Of a DNA stretch of 64,000 nucleotides, positions 38,886-52,230 are shown one piece after another. The notes beneath the pieces are model-generated. The model did not search any database. It saw nothing but the letters and a program-made list of their open reading frames with translations, and was not told the DNA's origin. The DNA lies in contig CP110439.1 of NCBI GenBank assembly GCA_026914245.1, forward strand, positions 496,001 through 560,000, read 5' to 3'. The translations under genes and the position numbers were made by a program. The stretch is from Puccinia triticina (Eukaryota). Numbering within the stretch: position 1 is the first letter of the stretch; every line of letters starts with the position of its first letter.

Positions 38886-41561
38886 GTATTATGGTATTCA
38901 AAATTGCATAACATTTTTTTACATAAAATCATAAACTGCAATTTTGGCTGGGAGATGTCACTTTGAGTTTTATGCACATTGACATCTCCCAGCCAAAATG
39001 AGCTTTATGATTTTATGTAAACAGTGGCATACACAATTTTGAATACCATATATGCTTGCCAAGAATGATTCGTTCCCACCGGGCAGAATCCTTGGCACTT
39101 GTACATGCTTGACAAGGAGACTGGCCATCGAATGGAGTAAACACTCCCTTTGATGGCAGGTCCGACTGCACATCTAGAGGAGGAGAGTCCTCTCAATTGC
39201 CACTGTCTTCTCCCTTTATGACCTATTACATCGGCGGCCATTGGGAGGGGTAACTGAAGGCCGAGGAGGCATTCTTGCACCGGGAAGGGGCTGGGTGGGA
39301 TAATCTTTGCAAGATCAGAATGTGCGGGTTCTCAGGCCCTTTTTTTAGCAATTAAAGAAGTTTTATTAGGGGGTGCCGCTAAGCCTCCCTTAATCCCCAA
39401 CATGCGGATTCTCAAGAGGTTTGCATCAGCGGCGAAGCCGCTCCGCGGGACCCCGGATCCTCTGTTTGAGGGGCTTTGAGAAGTTCTGATTGGAAGACAT
39501 CTGTTTGAGATCTGCAGATATCATTGCCCAGCTGCAGAATCAGTTTGGAGTCTCTCGTTGGAATAGATTTATTTGAGCTTTTGATCAGGTCTGAATAAGA
39601 TCTGCAAGGGCTTCAATTTGTTTTTTACACTCCAATGAATAAACATAGAACAATTTTGACAACTTGACCTCCACCACACTGAAAAGTGCAGTGGCCAGGG
39701 GCAAAAATAATTGAGCTTCTTGCGCAAAAGGGGGATAGATTCAATGGTGCAACAAATGTAATACATGTATTGTATAGGCATATACATTGTATTGTATTTA
39801 TCTTTGAATACAAAATGTCTTGGTGTATTTGTACTACATTTGTCCTGGACAACCAATGCAATACAAAACATACATTCCAAAAAAATGTATTGACTGTGCC
39901 AATTGACAAGATATTATGGGGTTTCAAATTTGGCCAAGTGCAACTTGCATGCACTTTTGCAAGTCAGTGTACAAGTTTATTCTTGAACACCAATGTGAGA
40001 ATAAAGGTTGGTGTTGGATTTTCAAATCTTCCCTCTGCCTTCTTTTCACTGAGCTACTTGTTGCCTACATCATCATCTCTACTTATGCTCATACCACCTG
40101 TGTTTCCTTTTAGTTTGGTCATGCTATCTTGCCGTACTAGCCTTGTGACTTTGATCCCTGCCTAGATTAGCTGTATTGCTTTCCTTCTACTGTGTTCTCT
40201 GGTGCGGGCGCTCTGTTAGTGATTGGTTGTATGTCACCTGTTTGCTCATCCTGAGTTTCCATCAGGTCCTATTGTCTTCTTTCATATTCAATATTCTCTC
40301 AACCACAAGTTGGTCCTTGTATTGTAGCCTACTTAAAACATAGCCTACAAACCTGAAATCAATCATTGGTTCTTCCTCCATTCTTTCCGCGCCACACATC
40401 CGAGCCGATCCGGTGAGCTTCTCCTCCTCACTGTCCCCTCTTGAGCCCAAAGGCTCATCTCTGTTCCTTCATTCGTGCTGCGGTCTTCCTGTGAAATCCC
40501 TTCAGTTGGTAAGTGTGTAGAAATGAACACTTCTGCCTTCTTCAAGATATATATATATATGTCCGGGCTGAGTGATTATTGATGTCTTGGCTCCGCACTG
40601 CTACTTTCTGCTAGCCTTCAGCACTCCGCAATGAGCCTGATCTATAGCGTAATAATCCGCAAGTGAAGAAGCTCTGCACTCCATAAGCACAAGTCCACAA
40701 TGGCAATCAATCGAGTAAGCAAAATGAGGGTCACATGGAACTCTTCTAATACTCTATTACGTACATAGGTTTTAGTTACAATAATGAGTAGTAAGTAAGA
40801 CAATGAAAAGGAAAAAGAGAAGAGAAACCATGAGCCTCTACCCCCTTCCTTCCCTCCACGTGCATCTTTTTTCCCACCTGATCCTGCAATCTGACACTTT
40901 CCCACACTAATCTGTCATCTCCGCCCAATTTCCGTACATCATTTTCCCAGGCTCCACTCCTCTCCAACGCTTGACCTCCCACGTCCTTTGCCTTGCCCCC
41001 TTCAGTTGGTCTCTCACTAGCACCTCCGCCCCAGTTCTACCCACTAGAGGAACCCACTTCAGCTGCCCTGGCTCACCTGCTGACGCGCCGCTGCTATCAG
41101 CCCCCTTGTTTGGTCTGCCACAGTCCAGCCCTACCTGTCTGCTCCGGTCCGCTACCTGATCCAAATCCCGCAGTCCTCAATCCTCTCAACATACAATCCA
41201 TGCATTCTGTCTGCATGCGACTTTCCGTAAGCTTTTTCTGACATCATCCTCCGTGCTTATGTCACTGAATGCACTCTGAGCTCAGCTGTTTGTGCATTCC
41301 CGCCTGTGCTATTGCCAAGTGGACATTCTAGCACACTTACCAATATAAATCACCACACCAAGTTGCAAAATTGCATGCCGGTCACATTGTACTAAGCCCC
41401 CTAAGCCTTCTTAAACATATTTTTGCAAGTTGGTCATCAAGAACTGCCTTGAACACCAACTTTCAAAAAGTGCATGCAAGTTGCAATTGGCCAACTTTGA
41501 ATCCAAATCCCCTTATTAAATTTGGGCAGGGCAATACATTATGCAAAAAATACATTGTATT

Positions 41562-41742
41562 TATGGTGTTCAAAGTTGGTTTGCATAATTTTATGCACGC
41601 ATAAATCATAAAATCATAAAGATATTTTGGTGAGGAAATTTTCTATTACATCCTCAGACAGTCATATACCATGCAAAAAAGATTTTATGATTTTATGATT
41701 TATGGATGCATAAAATTATGCAAACCAACTTTGAACACCATA
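41562..41742. mobile_element. hAT-type MITE (181 bp)
   Basis: ~55-bp TIR starting TATGGTGTTCAAAGTTGGTTTGCATAATTTTATGCA. 8-bp flanks ATTGTATT / ATTATATT. Related copy at ~45243-45435. Confidence 0.8.
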
Positions 41743-42823
41743 ATTATATTGAATAAAAAATACAATACAAATACAATGTATATGCTATACAATACAATAC
41801 AATACAATACAATACAATACATGCCATATACAAATGCATGTGTTGTATTTTTTGCACTGTTGGTAGATTGGTGGATATCAACAGGTGCATCAATATTTCA
41901 GTAATCCTGGAAGCAGTGGAAGAAAGTATTCAAAGGCTGGCCTGAGAAATCCAAGTTGAACAGTCAATTCTGAAATGCCCATGAAGATAAATTCACAGCA
42001 ATATACACCATGAAAAAATTGATTTGAATAGGTTTCAGGTGACATTCAGTAAAATATGCTGAAATTCCAGCCATACTCCAACATCACTCACCTTGAATAA
42101 CAATGGCCCCTTTGCCATCATCAGGGGTTTCTACCACTTTTGAATAAGTTTATGGCTGGGGTTAAGGCTGGATTTAGCTTCATTTCACCTACCACCTACT
42201 CCCCTCAGTTTTTTCATGGTGATAAGTCACACATTTTTTCTTGTAGATTGCTCATATTCACACCTTTTCCCTGAATCTTTTTGCATTTTTTTTAAATTTA
42301 GTTAGCATTCCTACATCACAGCCACCATTGTGTCCATGTGTATTGTGAAGCAAAGTTGTTTTGATTGCTCTTATCAAATGGTACTTCAGTAGCAAGATAA
42401 TGATGATGCATTGTGGAACTGCGGTAATGGTACCAATCAAAATCATTGGCATTGGAGTGATGGAAGTGGTACACATATGTTGTGAGCAAAATGAACAAAA
42501 TGTCAGGAAGTTTCAAGCCAGGCAGAAGTAAGCTAGGGTGGTGGGGTGGAAAGGTGGATCTGCTTTTTATCCCTGTGTTTCCCTATGAAGTGTTATTTTT
42601 TGTGAAATTTCCACCCTGATGTTTGGGCAAATATCAGGGTGGAAATTGACCAGTGGCTTATATAAACTGGACTCAATGTACACCGTTTTATGTCATCAAG
42701 CTAGGAAATCCCCCGCTCAATCAACACTACAAAATACTGGTCATTGAGCCTGGACTTTCTAGGCTCAATTACCAGTATGTACTGAATCTTGAGCTTGGAA
42801 AAGCCCAGATAAATTACCAGTAA

Positions 42824-43500
42824 TGTCAGCGGGTACCTCTTCTGTGGTAGTCCGTCAAATAGAAAGGTACTTTTATAAGTACCAAAGTTGATGATATAGA
42901 GAGATGAAAACCGTCCCGTGGCACGGGAGGCTGGTAGAGCGAATACTACCAGGTCTGGCACACCGCTGGGATAAGAGTTTCTCTGAGATATTGGATAGCT
43001 GAACTGAAGAGGAACTACTTACTCGGCCTTAATGGATTTGACAAGGAGTACGGATAAGATGTAGGAGATGAGAGATGGAGCTGATAGGAGTCAAGGTTGG
43101 AAAGGAAGAAGTTTGATAGAAGTGGAAACCAAACTAAGGATCTCGGTGTAGATAAGCCCCAATTTTAGACTACTTATGAAGTAAGTTGACTACAATCTTG
43201 GTGGGCTTGGTATCTGGAAATCTAAGGAGGAAAAGGTCTTCTTGACACTTGGACCTTAGGATTTATATATGAACGGTTTAACCCTCCGCGGTTTGTATGA
43301 ATTCCGCGGATGAGAGGTCTGGCTTTCTCAAGCTATGCTATAAAGGGAACATCAATTGGACTAAACTCAGGTCACTATATCTACGTTGTATTGGATGCGC
43401 TCTCTTATCTTTGGAGCGCGCGCGCTGACTGTGCTATTTGGGTTACTTAATAGTGGGTGTTAGCCCCTCGCACACCCGTGTGGGTAGTCAAGGGCTGACA
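42824..43500. mobile_element. Solo LTR (677 bp)
   Basis: TGTCAGC..GCTGACA termini. 5-bp TSD AGTAA (42819-42823, 43501-43505). Confidence 0.85.
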
Positions 43501-43989
43501 AGTAAGTTGTGGTAATCTAAAAGGTGACACTATCAGGAGAAAAATAAAAAATTCTTTATTTTCTTTTCTTTACGTACTATTCATCAGGAATCACGTAATA
43601 TGGCACAAGGACAGGACTCTACAGGACTAGAGGTTACACTTGCAGGCTACATATACATCTAACCTCCTATTACAACATCACGTTTACATACACAACCCAG
43701 CTACAGGACACATACATATTGACACTGCATAGTACATAACATACATTCTAAATTAGTGGATTTTCACAACTGAAAGCCGCAGGTGACATCATTAAATCCC
43801 TCATGTTCTGACCAATCATAGTCACTCATTCAGAGGTTTGTATACTTTCAATACATCATGTACATTTCCAAACAACCACATTCACTCATTCAACTTCTCC
43901 TGCAGCTAAAATGCCTCATCCAGGGGCTTCCTTGTATCTATCTTCCCTCACATTTGTCTATATAAGGAGCTCTTGTTGGTTGAGTCTCA

Positions 43990-44893
43990 CAATGTGCTGG
44001 TCATTGGTGTGGTATACAGAAATGTGAAAAATCAAAATTTCTTTCTAATACATATAATTAACCATACTAGGCCTCAAGGTAACACCAAATGGACCCCAGG
44101 AATTGATTCTACAGCCAATATCACCCTTAGTTCCCACTGGAGGTGTCACTGGATCCCCGCTGGATTGGAGGTTAGACCTCTTTGGACCCCACCAAACACC
44201 TATCACATGTTCAACACACCCAGTCACCAGCCTGTCACCAGCCTCAAGTCCAAGGAATCAAGGCATTACGCTTATACATATCACAGGATGCAAACATACA
44301 TCCACCCATTAGACTAACGTCATTACATAGTGTCAAGTATTCCCTTATTTGCATACTATGACATCATTTTACACTGCGTCCGCAGCCTCAGACTTCATTT
44401 ACGCACTCACTGCATCTGTATAACACTTCAAACCTTCTGACATCATTTATGTACCCCTGAAATATAATGACATCATTTGTACATATTATGACATCATTTG
44501 TACCTACTTCTACCAGCTAAAATGCCACATACCCCCTTTTCAGTCTAGCTGAAACCCTAACCCAGGCGCCCCCCTCAGAGGGGGAGGGTAAAATATATCA
44601 CATTTGTATACAAAAGAAGCTCCTCCTCCACCCAGTTCTCTTCTCCTCAGTTCATCACTCACCAGTTACAGTTCCCCCAACTTGTAACCCTTACACTATT
44701 ACAACCCTCATATTGGAAATTAAAGCCTTATACTTGTCAATCAAACAAACTCATCTTGAGCCAACCACTCCTATCACTTCATTCAAGCTTACCTTGGTGG
44801 CCCTTGTTGTCTGATAGCCAGAAGGGAAGAGTTTGCACCTCCATCATACCCTTCACCATTCAGCAAAAGGGTTTCATTACCACTAGTCCTACA
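43990..44893 (+). mobile_element. LTR-like repeat, copy 2
   Basis: Shares ACTAGGCCTCAAG..TGGATTGGA and CTCCATCATACCCTTCACCATTCAGCAAAAGGGTTTCATTACCACT blocks with copies 1 and 3. Left end approximate. Confidence 0.6.
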
Positions 44894-45919
44894 TTGGGAT
44901 AGGGCTTCTTGAACTCAATGGCTATCAAAAACTGGTCATTGATCTGGGAGAGGCCGGGCTTGGCCCTCATAATGCCCTTGTCATCAATACGCGGCCACTC
45001 TGAACTCAAATTTAATGGCAAGTAAATACTCTTCATCAAAGGAGGGAGGCCCTAGCTCAATGACCCTGGTCATTGAGACAGCCTTTTGGAGCTTGTTATC
45101 CCGCATATACTGGCCACCCAGCTCAGAAAAGAGAAGCTTGATGGTCAGTATGTACTGTCCATTGAGTCAGGACTTTCCCGGAGCAATGGTCAGTAAAGCT
45201 GGGAAAGGCCCGGCTCACTGACCAACATGTAGAAATGGTCATTAAGGGTGTTCAAAGTTGAAATCATATTTTTTTCAAATCATAAAATCATAACACTTTT
45301 GAGTGATCATTTTTTATGTACCATTTTAGAATTGTTGCTCTTTTTTGAGTGATTGGGTGTTACACATTTTTTTCAGATTAAAATTTTATGAATTTATGGT
45401 GTTATAATTTTATGCAGTCAACTTTGAACACCCCTATTGAACTGGGATTTTCCAAGAAAAGAGATATGCAATCAAGTGGAGGGTTTCCCCACTAGATAGT
45501 GGGCATACACTGGTCATCAATTAGAGAATCCCTCCACTTCATGGCTGGTACACCTGTTCAGAAAGTGGAGAATCCCTGAGGCTGAACTCCATGGCCCTTA
45601 AGGGTGGTCATTTAGTTGAGGATGTCTCTCCACTCAATTGCTGGTAATATATATATGGTCATTAGGTGATGACACCCTCCACTCAATGGACATCCAGAAG
45701 TTTTCAAGTGTAGGGTGTGTAAAGCCCCCCTATTGTAGAGGGCTTCACACAAGAGGCCTCGGGGGCTGTTATCCCCTTGCGCGTCCGATTACTTAGTCTT
45801 CAGCTCTTGCTTCCCCAGACCGGCAGAGAACTTGTTCTCTCCCAGCTAGGTAAGCAATACTGACTGTTTTCTTTTTTCTCTTCATTTCTCTCTTCCATGA
45901 CTATCAATGTTGTACTTAC

Positions 45920-46136
45920 CACCAGGAAAAATAAATTATCACCAGAAATCAGGTTAAATCAAGCAACAATGACTGTCACTTTTTTGACAGCTCTGGTGTT
46001 ACCACAACTAGGCTAAAATGGCCCCTTTGTTTCCCACAGGGGGCTGTCCATTTGGCCAACTTTGCAGATGGTGGGTAGCTCAGTGGACTTAGGCTGATGT
46101 TACCTGTAGTCTAGTGACAGTTTATTTTTCCTGATT
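45920..46136. mobile_element. CACCAGG-terminated MITE (CACTA/EnSpm-like)
   Basis: TIR core CAGGAAAAATAAA. Interior similar to 48102-48316. Confidence 0.65.
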
Positions 46137-46194
46137 TACAAGAGAACTCTTTCTCTCCCGGCTAGCAATCAAACCCAACCTTGGTACTAGAATC

Positions 46195-47361
46195 TCCGGT
46201 GTGGTAGACGGAAAAGTGAAAAATCAAAAGTTTTTTCTTGTCTACAGATTTACTCGTACTAGGCCTCAAGATACCGCCAAACAGACATCAGTAATGGATT
46301 CTACGGCCAATCTTAAACTTAGTACCCAATGGAAGCATCACTGGAACCCCTCTGGATTGGAAGTTACACCCTCATGGACACCCATCACACGGCCAGCCCC
46401 AGTTATCAACCTGTCACAGCCCTCAAGACCCCTGTTCCCTAGTATAAATTTACTCAGCCCCATCCAAACACATACTCTCTTTCAACCCACTTATCTCCAC
46501 TGCATATGCAGGGGACCAACCCCATTTCTTCTGTATTTGACATGTCCCCGCTTCATTTATGCACCCCTTGCAGCTGCATGCAGTCTTCTGGCCCCATTTC
46601 TGCACTACTTGCATTAGTCTGACATCCTTCATGCACCCCTTGCACAAGGTACCCCTTTATTTGACATTTTCCCACTTTGTTTATGCACTCCTTGCATTAG
46701 TATGACATCCATCATCTTTCATTTCTCACCCCACTTTTTGCCTGTATTTAGTATCTTCTGACACCAATTGTACGCAGCCCACCAGTGTAAATCCCTCATC
46801 CAGGTTCCCCCTTGTAGCTAAACTCCCTCAAATTTCTCTATACAAGGAGCTCTCTCCCCCAGTTGTTTTTCCTTCAGCTCAGTATTCCCCAGTTATTTAC
46901 ATACCACCCATAGCTTTACCATTAACCTTATAACACCTCATAACAGCCCTTACTTTGCAAATAATCACTGAGCTCACTCTCATAACTCTCATATCTCTTG
47001 ATTAACATATCACATGCCTGTCATGAGTTACCCGGTTCCTGGTTCAACTCCTGACTGAGACATATACTCTTCTCAGTTGAGACACTCTTCTCAACTTTTT
47101 TATATCACCCTATCAAGGACCTGTGTTCAACCCCCACCGGAAACATCAAGTCAACTTTCACCCTTTTCCATCATCATAAAACCTCACATCTTTCACATAC
47201 CTGTCATCTGGAACTAGACCAGACCTATCACTTGATTAAAACTTGCCAAGCTTAGCTTGGTGGGCCTTGTTATCTGATAGTATAGAAGGGCAGAGTTTGC
47301 ACCTCCATCATCCCCTTCTCCATTCATAAAAAGGGTTTCATAACCACTTTTGATTCTTACA
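46195..47361 (+). mobile_element. LTR-like repeat, copy 3
   Basis: Similar to copies 1 and 2; ends ...TTCTTACA. Left end approximate. Confidence 0.6.
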
Positions 47362-48101
47362 CCGGCTTTTTAGCCCAGAGACTCCACAATCCCCTTTTCC
47401 TCCACTTTAGTGAGGGTCCTAACAAGGACCCTTATAGGGTGTCTCCATTTGATTACTGTACAGTAAATTCATTAAGGGTAAGGTGTCTCTACTCGATGGC
47501 CAATTCAAACCTGTCAGTGTAGAATCCCAATGTGCACCAACCATGGATTGGATTTACCCTCCACTCAATTAAAAGTGTGGCTACCATTGATTGGATCAAA
47601 GTTCAGCCTCAGTTGAACATAAAATCAAGTTATTGGAGCCAAAATGAATCATGCTTGAATGGCTGATATCAGAAATGGTTCCAGAAAGAAAATGTGGCCT
47701 GGCACTCTCTAGAGAGTGCCACAGATCCCCCCCTGGTGAATGAATATAAAATGCAAGTGTGGCAGTACAGTGATTTTTACACCATCATGAATGTCTATAT
47801 TCTCTAGTGATCACATTAGGGGTGTAAACGGGTTGGGTTTGAGTTGAAAAATGGTTCCAAAACCCAACCCAATGTGAACAATGGGTTGAGGCAAAAGTGT
47901 GAATACACTTCCCACACCCAAACCAATTTACAAGTAGTTGGGTCTGGGTTGGGTTGTGGGTTGGTGGTGGTGGGTGTGGATTTGCGGCAGGCTGCGGGTT
48001 CATGGGCCAATCCAAATGGAAAAAAACCCTGCCCAAGCCCAAACCGGCTGTCTAATTGGGTCTCAGCAGGTCGGGTTGGCTTCTTAAAAGGACACCTGCA
48101 G

Positions 48102-48316
48102 CACCAGGAAAAATAAATTTTCATCAGACATCAGGTGACATCAAGAAACCATGACTTTCACTTTTTTCCTGCTCTGGTACTACCACAACCAGGCTACAAT
48201 GGCCCCTTTGTTTCCTACAGGGGATTTCCATGCGGCCAGCTGTGCAGCCGGTGGGTAGCTCATTGGACTTAGGCTGATGTCACCTGTAGTCTAGTGACAG
48301 TTTATTTTTCCTGGTG
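48102..48316. mobile_element. CACCAGG-terminated MITE (CACTA/EnSpm-like)
   Basis: CACCAGGAAAAATAAA ... TTTATTTTTCCTGGTG, a perfect 16-bp TIR. Confidence 0.75.
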
Positions 48317-49655
48317 CTGAAGGCTTCCCAAACCCAACCCAGAACCCTTCACCCCACAAACTCAGAAAACCTTAATTTGTTTTTCAACATGGCTGATGGC
48401 CTGAATCTTGCTGTCACCATAGTCCATTCAGAATTTACTTTTTGACCATCATAATCAAACTGCATGATCTGGCGTAAAGAACCCAAATCCAATTTCTTGT
48501 ACCTTTTCTCCTTCTTTTCCAACCAACCTTAAATAGGGGGTTTCAAAATTCAATGTTGGCAGATTCCGCCTCCAGGAGCAGGAAAAAAATACCCCGCCAA
48601 ATATGGCCTGATCCTTGCCCAGCTTTGAGCGCCCCACCCAGTTCCTGGGATTTTCTGTAATCTGCACCCAGAACAGCCCAAGAGTTTTTCACACAAGAAT
48701 TAAACTACATATCTTGTCACCCCAACCTGGTGTTCTTTGTTCACCAAGATCCCGTGTGAAGTTCCCTCTGCAAACTACATATTTATTTAGACATCTGTAG
48801 CTTAATAAAAAATACACAAGTACCAGCCATGAAGGGCAGCACACCCTGCATCCCCACCATGGCCTACCCACACAGTTTATCAATCTCAACACAGTACCCC
48901 CTAATTAATCACCAGTATTTCTGGGTATTGGGGGCAATGTATTTCCCCTTCAAAGACCCACATAACTGGGCTTCAAGAGGTGTACACACTGCACTTGTGG
49001 GGCAATTGAGAGCAGCCAGCTGCCCTTGATAACCAGCACAGACCGGTCATTGGGTAGAAATACACCATCCACCACTCTCAATGGTTGGAACTGTACAGGC
49101 CATTGTGAGCATCCCACACTACAAGAAAAAGTTGTGCAACTGACAGCAGTTGAGGTGTGAGAAACTTTTGTGTAGCCCTGGCTCTAGCTCCACCCAAGCA
49201 CTCAACAGTGTTTTGTTGCACAGTCCCTGTGCATTGAACCTTGGTCAACACAAGCCTCAACAAAGGCTTGAGTAGCACCGCAGCCTTCCCCGGCGCTCTT
49301 GAATGTCAACTGCTTGCAGTTGCGCGACTTTTTCTTGCAGTGCCACTCACCTTGATGGTTGGTACATATACCATTCATCAAGGAGAGTATATAAATACCT
49401 ATCAATGTCCGACACTAGTAGGTAGCAGCCAGCAAGAGCAACCCACTCCTCTCCACGGCTGGCACAACTGGTCATCAAGAGAAGTGCAAAACACCCATTT
49501 CAACCACTGGCTGTGCCTACTAGAGTCTAGCAAGGGTGGGTGCCTCTTTTGATGACCGGTTGTGCTGGCACTTGAGAGGAGTGAGTAGCTCTTGATTGCT
49601 GGTACCAGTGTTGGCCATCAACAGGTATGTACTCTCCTCAATTAATGGTCTGTAC

Positions 49656-49877
49656 CAGCGGTGGGCAGATACATTATCCAAAATTCTGCTAAGTTACAGG
49701 TAACTGAAAATTTGTTGTGTAATTGATGATTAGCAGAAAATCACTCAGTAAACATGATTTTTTTTTGCGCAAATGAAAGATGCTATGAATACAAAGCCCT
49801 AATGTTTAGTTGTGTGCAAAATTGGAATCTAGAACAACAAAATGCAGAATTCTGGATAACGTATCTGCCCACCGCTG
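49656..49877. mobile_element. MITE (222 bp) with 7-bp TSD
   Basis: 34-bp TIR CAGCGGTGGGCAGATAC(A/G)TTATCCA(A/G)AATTCTGC. Perfect TSD TCTGTAC. Confidence 0.92.
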
Positions 49878-50673
49878 TCTGTACCAAACATCAAGGTGAG
49901 TGTGATGCTCTCAATGGCAAGTACAAGTTCCAGGCATTGAGAGGGGCGGATGGATGCAGGTGGTGTGGTATGGTTGGGTGGATGAAAATGGGTACATACA
50001 CATGTATTTAAATATGTATCATGAGCAGTGGTCAGTGCATGTGACCACAGGGGTTGGGCAAGTTGCTGCAATATTAATGGGTTTTCCTTCAACGGCAGAA
50101 TGGATGTTTCCTGACTGCCGGAGTGAGGAAGTAGATCAGTTGATCAGAACACAAATCAGGAGTTTTTTTTTTTTCTTTCTGATTTTGAGCTCTGGATCTG
50201 CTACTGGATGGGGGATCTGCCAACTTTGAAGCCCCCTGATAAAGAAACCAATAGCATACAGTACTTACTACTATTGGGCAACAAGAAGAACAGCTTGACT
50301 GGATTTTCTTTTGTCACTAGAAAATCAGGTTTACACAGTACAAAAAAGCTACAGATCACCCAAAATGTGCATCAGGACAATGGTTTCCATCTGTTGGGAT
50401 AGTCAGCTGAGTGTGATATTTTTCTTAAATCTAATTTTAAGAGATGATTTGAGTGATTCAGACATGCTGCCAGCCCTGCAACCCAACTTTGCACATAAGT
50501 CTCTCTACACAACAGTGTTGTCCCCGTAAGGCCTCCAGAGAGGCTGCTTAAGCTTGCTGCACAGTGCGGTCTTTGTGTAGTCACCCTCTCTATGTATGTA
50601 TAGACTGACCAGAAGCCTGGCTGTCTCCTGCCACATTCATGTGTATTTTTCTTTCTCCCTCCTAAACTCAAGA

Positions 50674-50701
50674 CTAGCGTTTAAGGGCGGCTACGCCGCC
50701 C
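50674..50701 (-). mobile_element. Helitron 3' terminus
   Basis: Minus strand reads GGGCGGC-GTA-GCCGCCC hairpin, 7 nt, then CTAG followed by T. Confidence 0.7.
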
Positions 50702-52230
50702 TGTGATCGCTGGTGTAAATTCATTCACCATTAATTTAAGACACTTCCTAAAATGTTGCCTTTATGGTATGCCAAGGTGGCATCCTCCTCCAACCAGAAC
50801 ACGCGGATCGCCGCAGTTGTATTTTATAGAGCGGGTCGGATAGGTGCGCGGAGGGGGTTGATGAAACTTCTGAAAAGAAACTCAATTTCCCATTTTTGTG
50901 GGATCAATTGCGTCCGGGAAGACTTGGAGGCATGCCGGAAAAGGTGTGAGCCTGGAGAAGGGCTAGGGAAATGGCTTGGGGTGATTTTAAGAGTTCTGAA
51001 AAGAACCTCAGGTAACCATTTTCGAGTGATTGATTGCATGTGGAAAGATGAAAATGGAAGAAAAAGGGGAGGGGGATGTGGGCAAAGGTGGGAGGGGAAA
51101 AGGAAATTAAATAACAGAGTTTGGCTTGAATTGAAGTTTAGGGGAAAAGTATAAAAGGAGGCAGCGAGTCGATGAATGCTGGTCATTGCTTGGCTCTTGC
51201 TTGGCGCCAATTGCTTAAAGAGCCAAGCAATCCAGGTGCATTGGGACCTGTATTTTTTTGGGGGGGGTGGGGGAAGGGAGAAATGCTGCCATTTTTTTTG
51301 TTGGTGGGCGCAGCGGTCTGCTCAATGTTAAACTGTTAATACAAGGCATGAAAAAAGGCTCATGCTGGCCAAAACAGTTGAGCCATCATCATTGTTGTTT
51401 TTTTTTTTTTTTTGAATTGGCTCCCTTGGGATTTGGATTGAACTGGGGAAAATGCCAAATTTGGGGCGCAAAGCGCCTCCACTGGAGGGACTTATGCAGT
51501 ATTGGTGATTTAGGACTGAGAGCAAAGGCCAAAACCCCCCAATTTTGATGAATGTAGCTCCTTCACCTCTGAGGATTCCAACAGTTTTTTTGGATCAGAT
51601 GAAACATCAACATCTTGTCTAATTTGTGATGCATCAATATCATCACATGTAAGTCCTCCTGCCTCACTCACAATGATGCATCAAAGATGGTGGATGGCAA
51701 GAGCCAACTGGGAGATTGCTAAAACAGCCTTTTTAGTGCAAATCCATACACTCATGGCCTGGAGGAAAAAAATAAAAACTGACAGGTATCCAGGACTCCC
51801 TGCTCTGACAGATCTGAGAATGTCAATCAGCTGGAGGATGTGTGTGGGAGCATGGATTTTTGGCTGTTCACACCCGATCCTGAGGGAGTCAGATAGTGTC
51901 CATTGTTGGTTCTAGCCAGGATGAGGTTTTTTGTGTTTACATATTGTCTTTACCATAAATCTTGGTCATCTCGCTCTCTCATTTATGCATTTAAGTTGCC
52001 TCAGGGGCTGGGGTTTTGTCCTGACCGGGTGTTTCTGCCCGCGGACTATCCCAGCCGATGTAGTTTCCCACACTACCAGAGGGTCACACGGTATGTCCCT
52101 CTCCCACCATCACTGCACCGCTCCGATTCCTGGACCCAGCCAGTCCTCCCCATGCCCCCTGCCCCTTGCCGGTGTCCCCCATCCCCCCAGCCCTTGCCAC
52201 CTTTATCCAATTTGATCCCCAGTCCCCATC

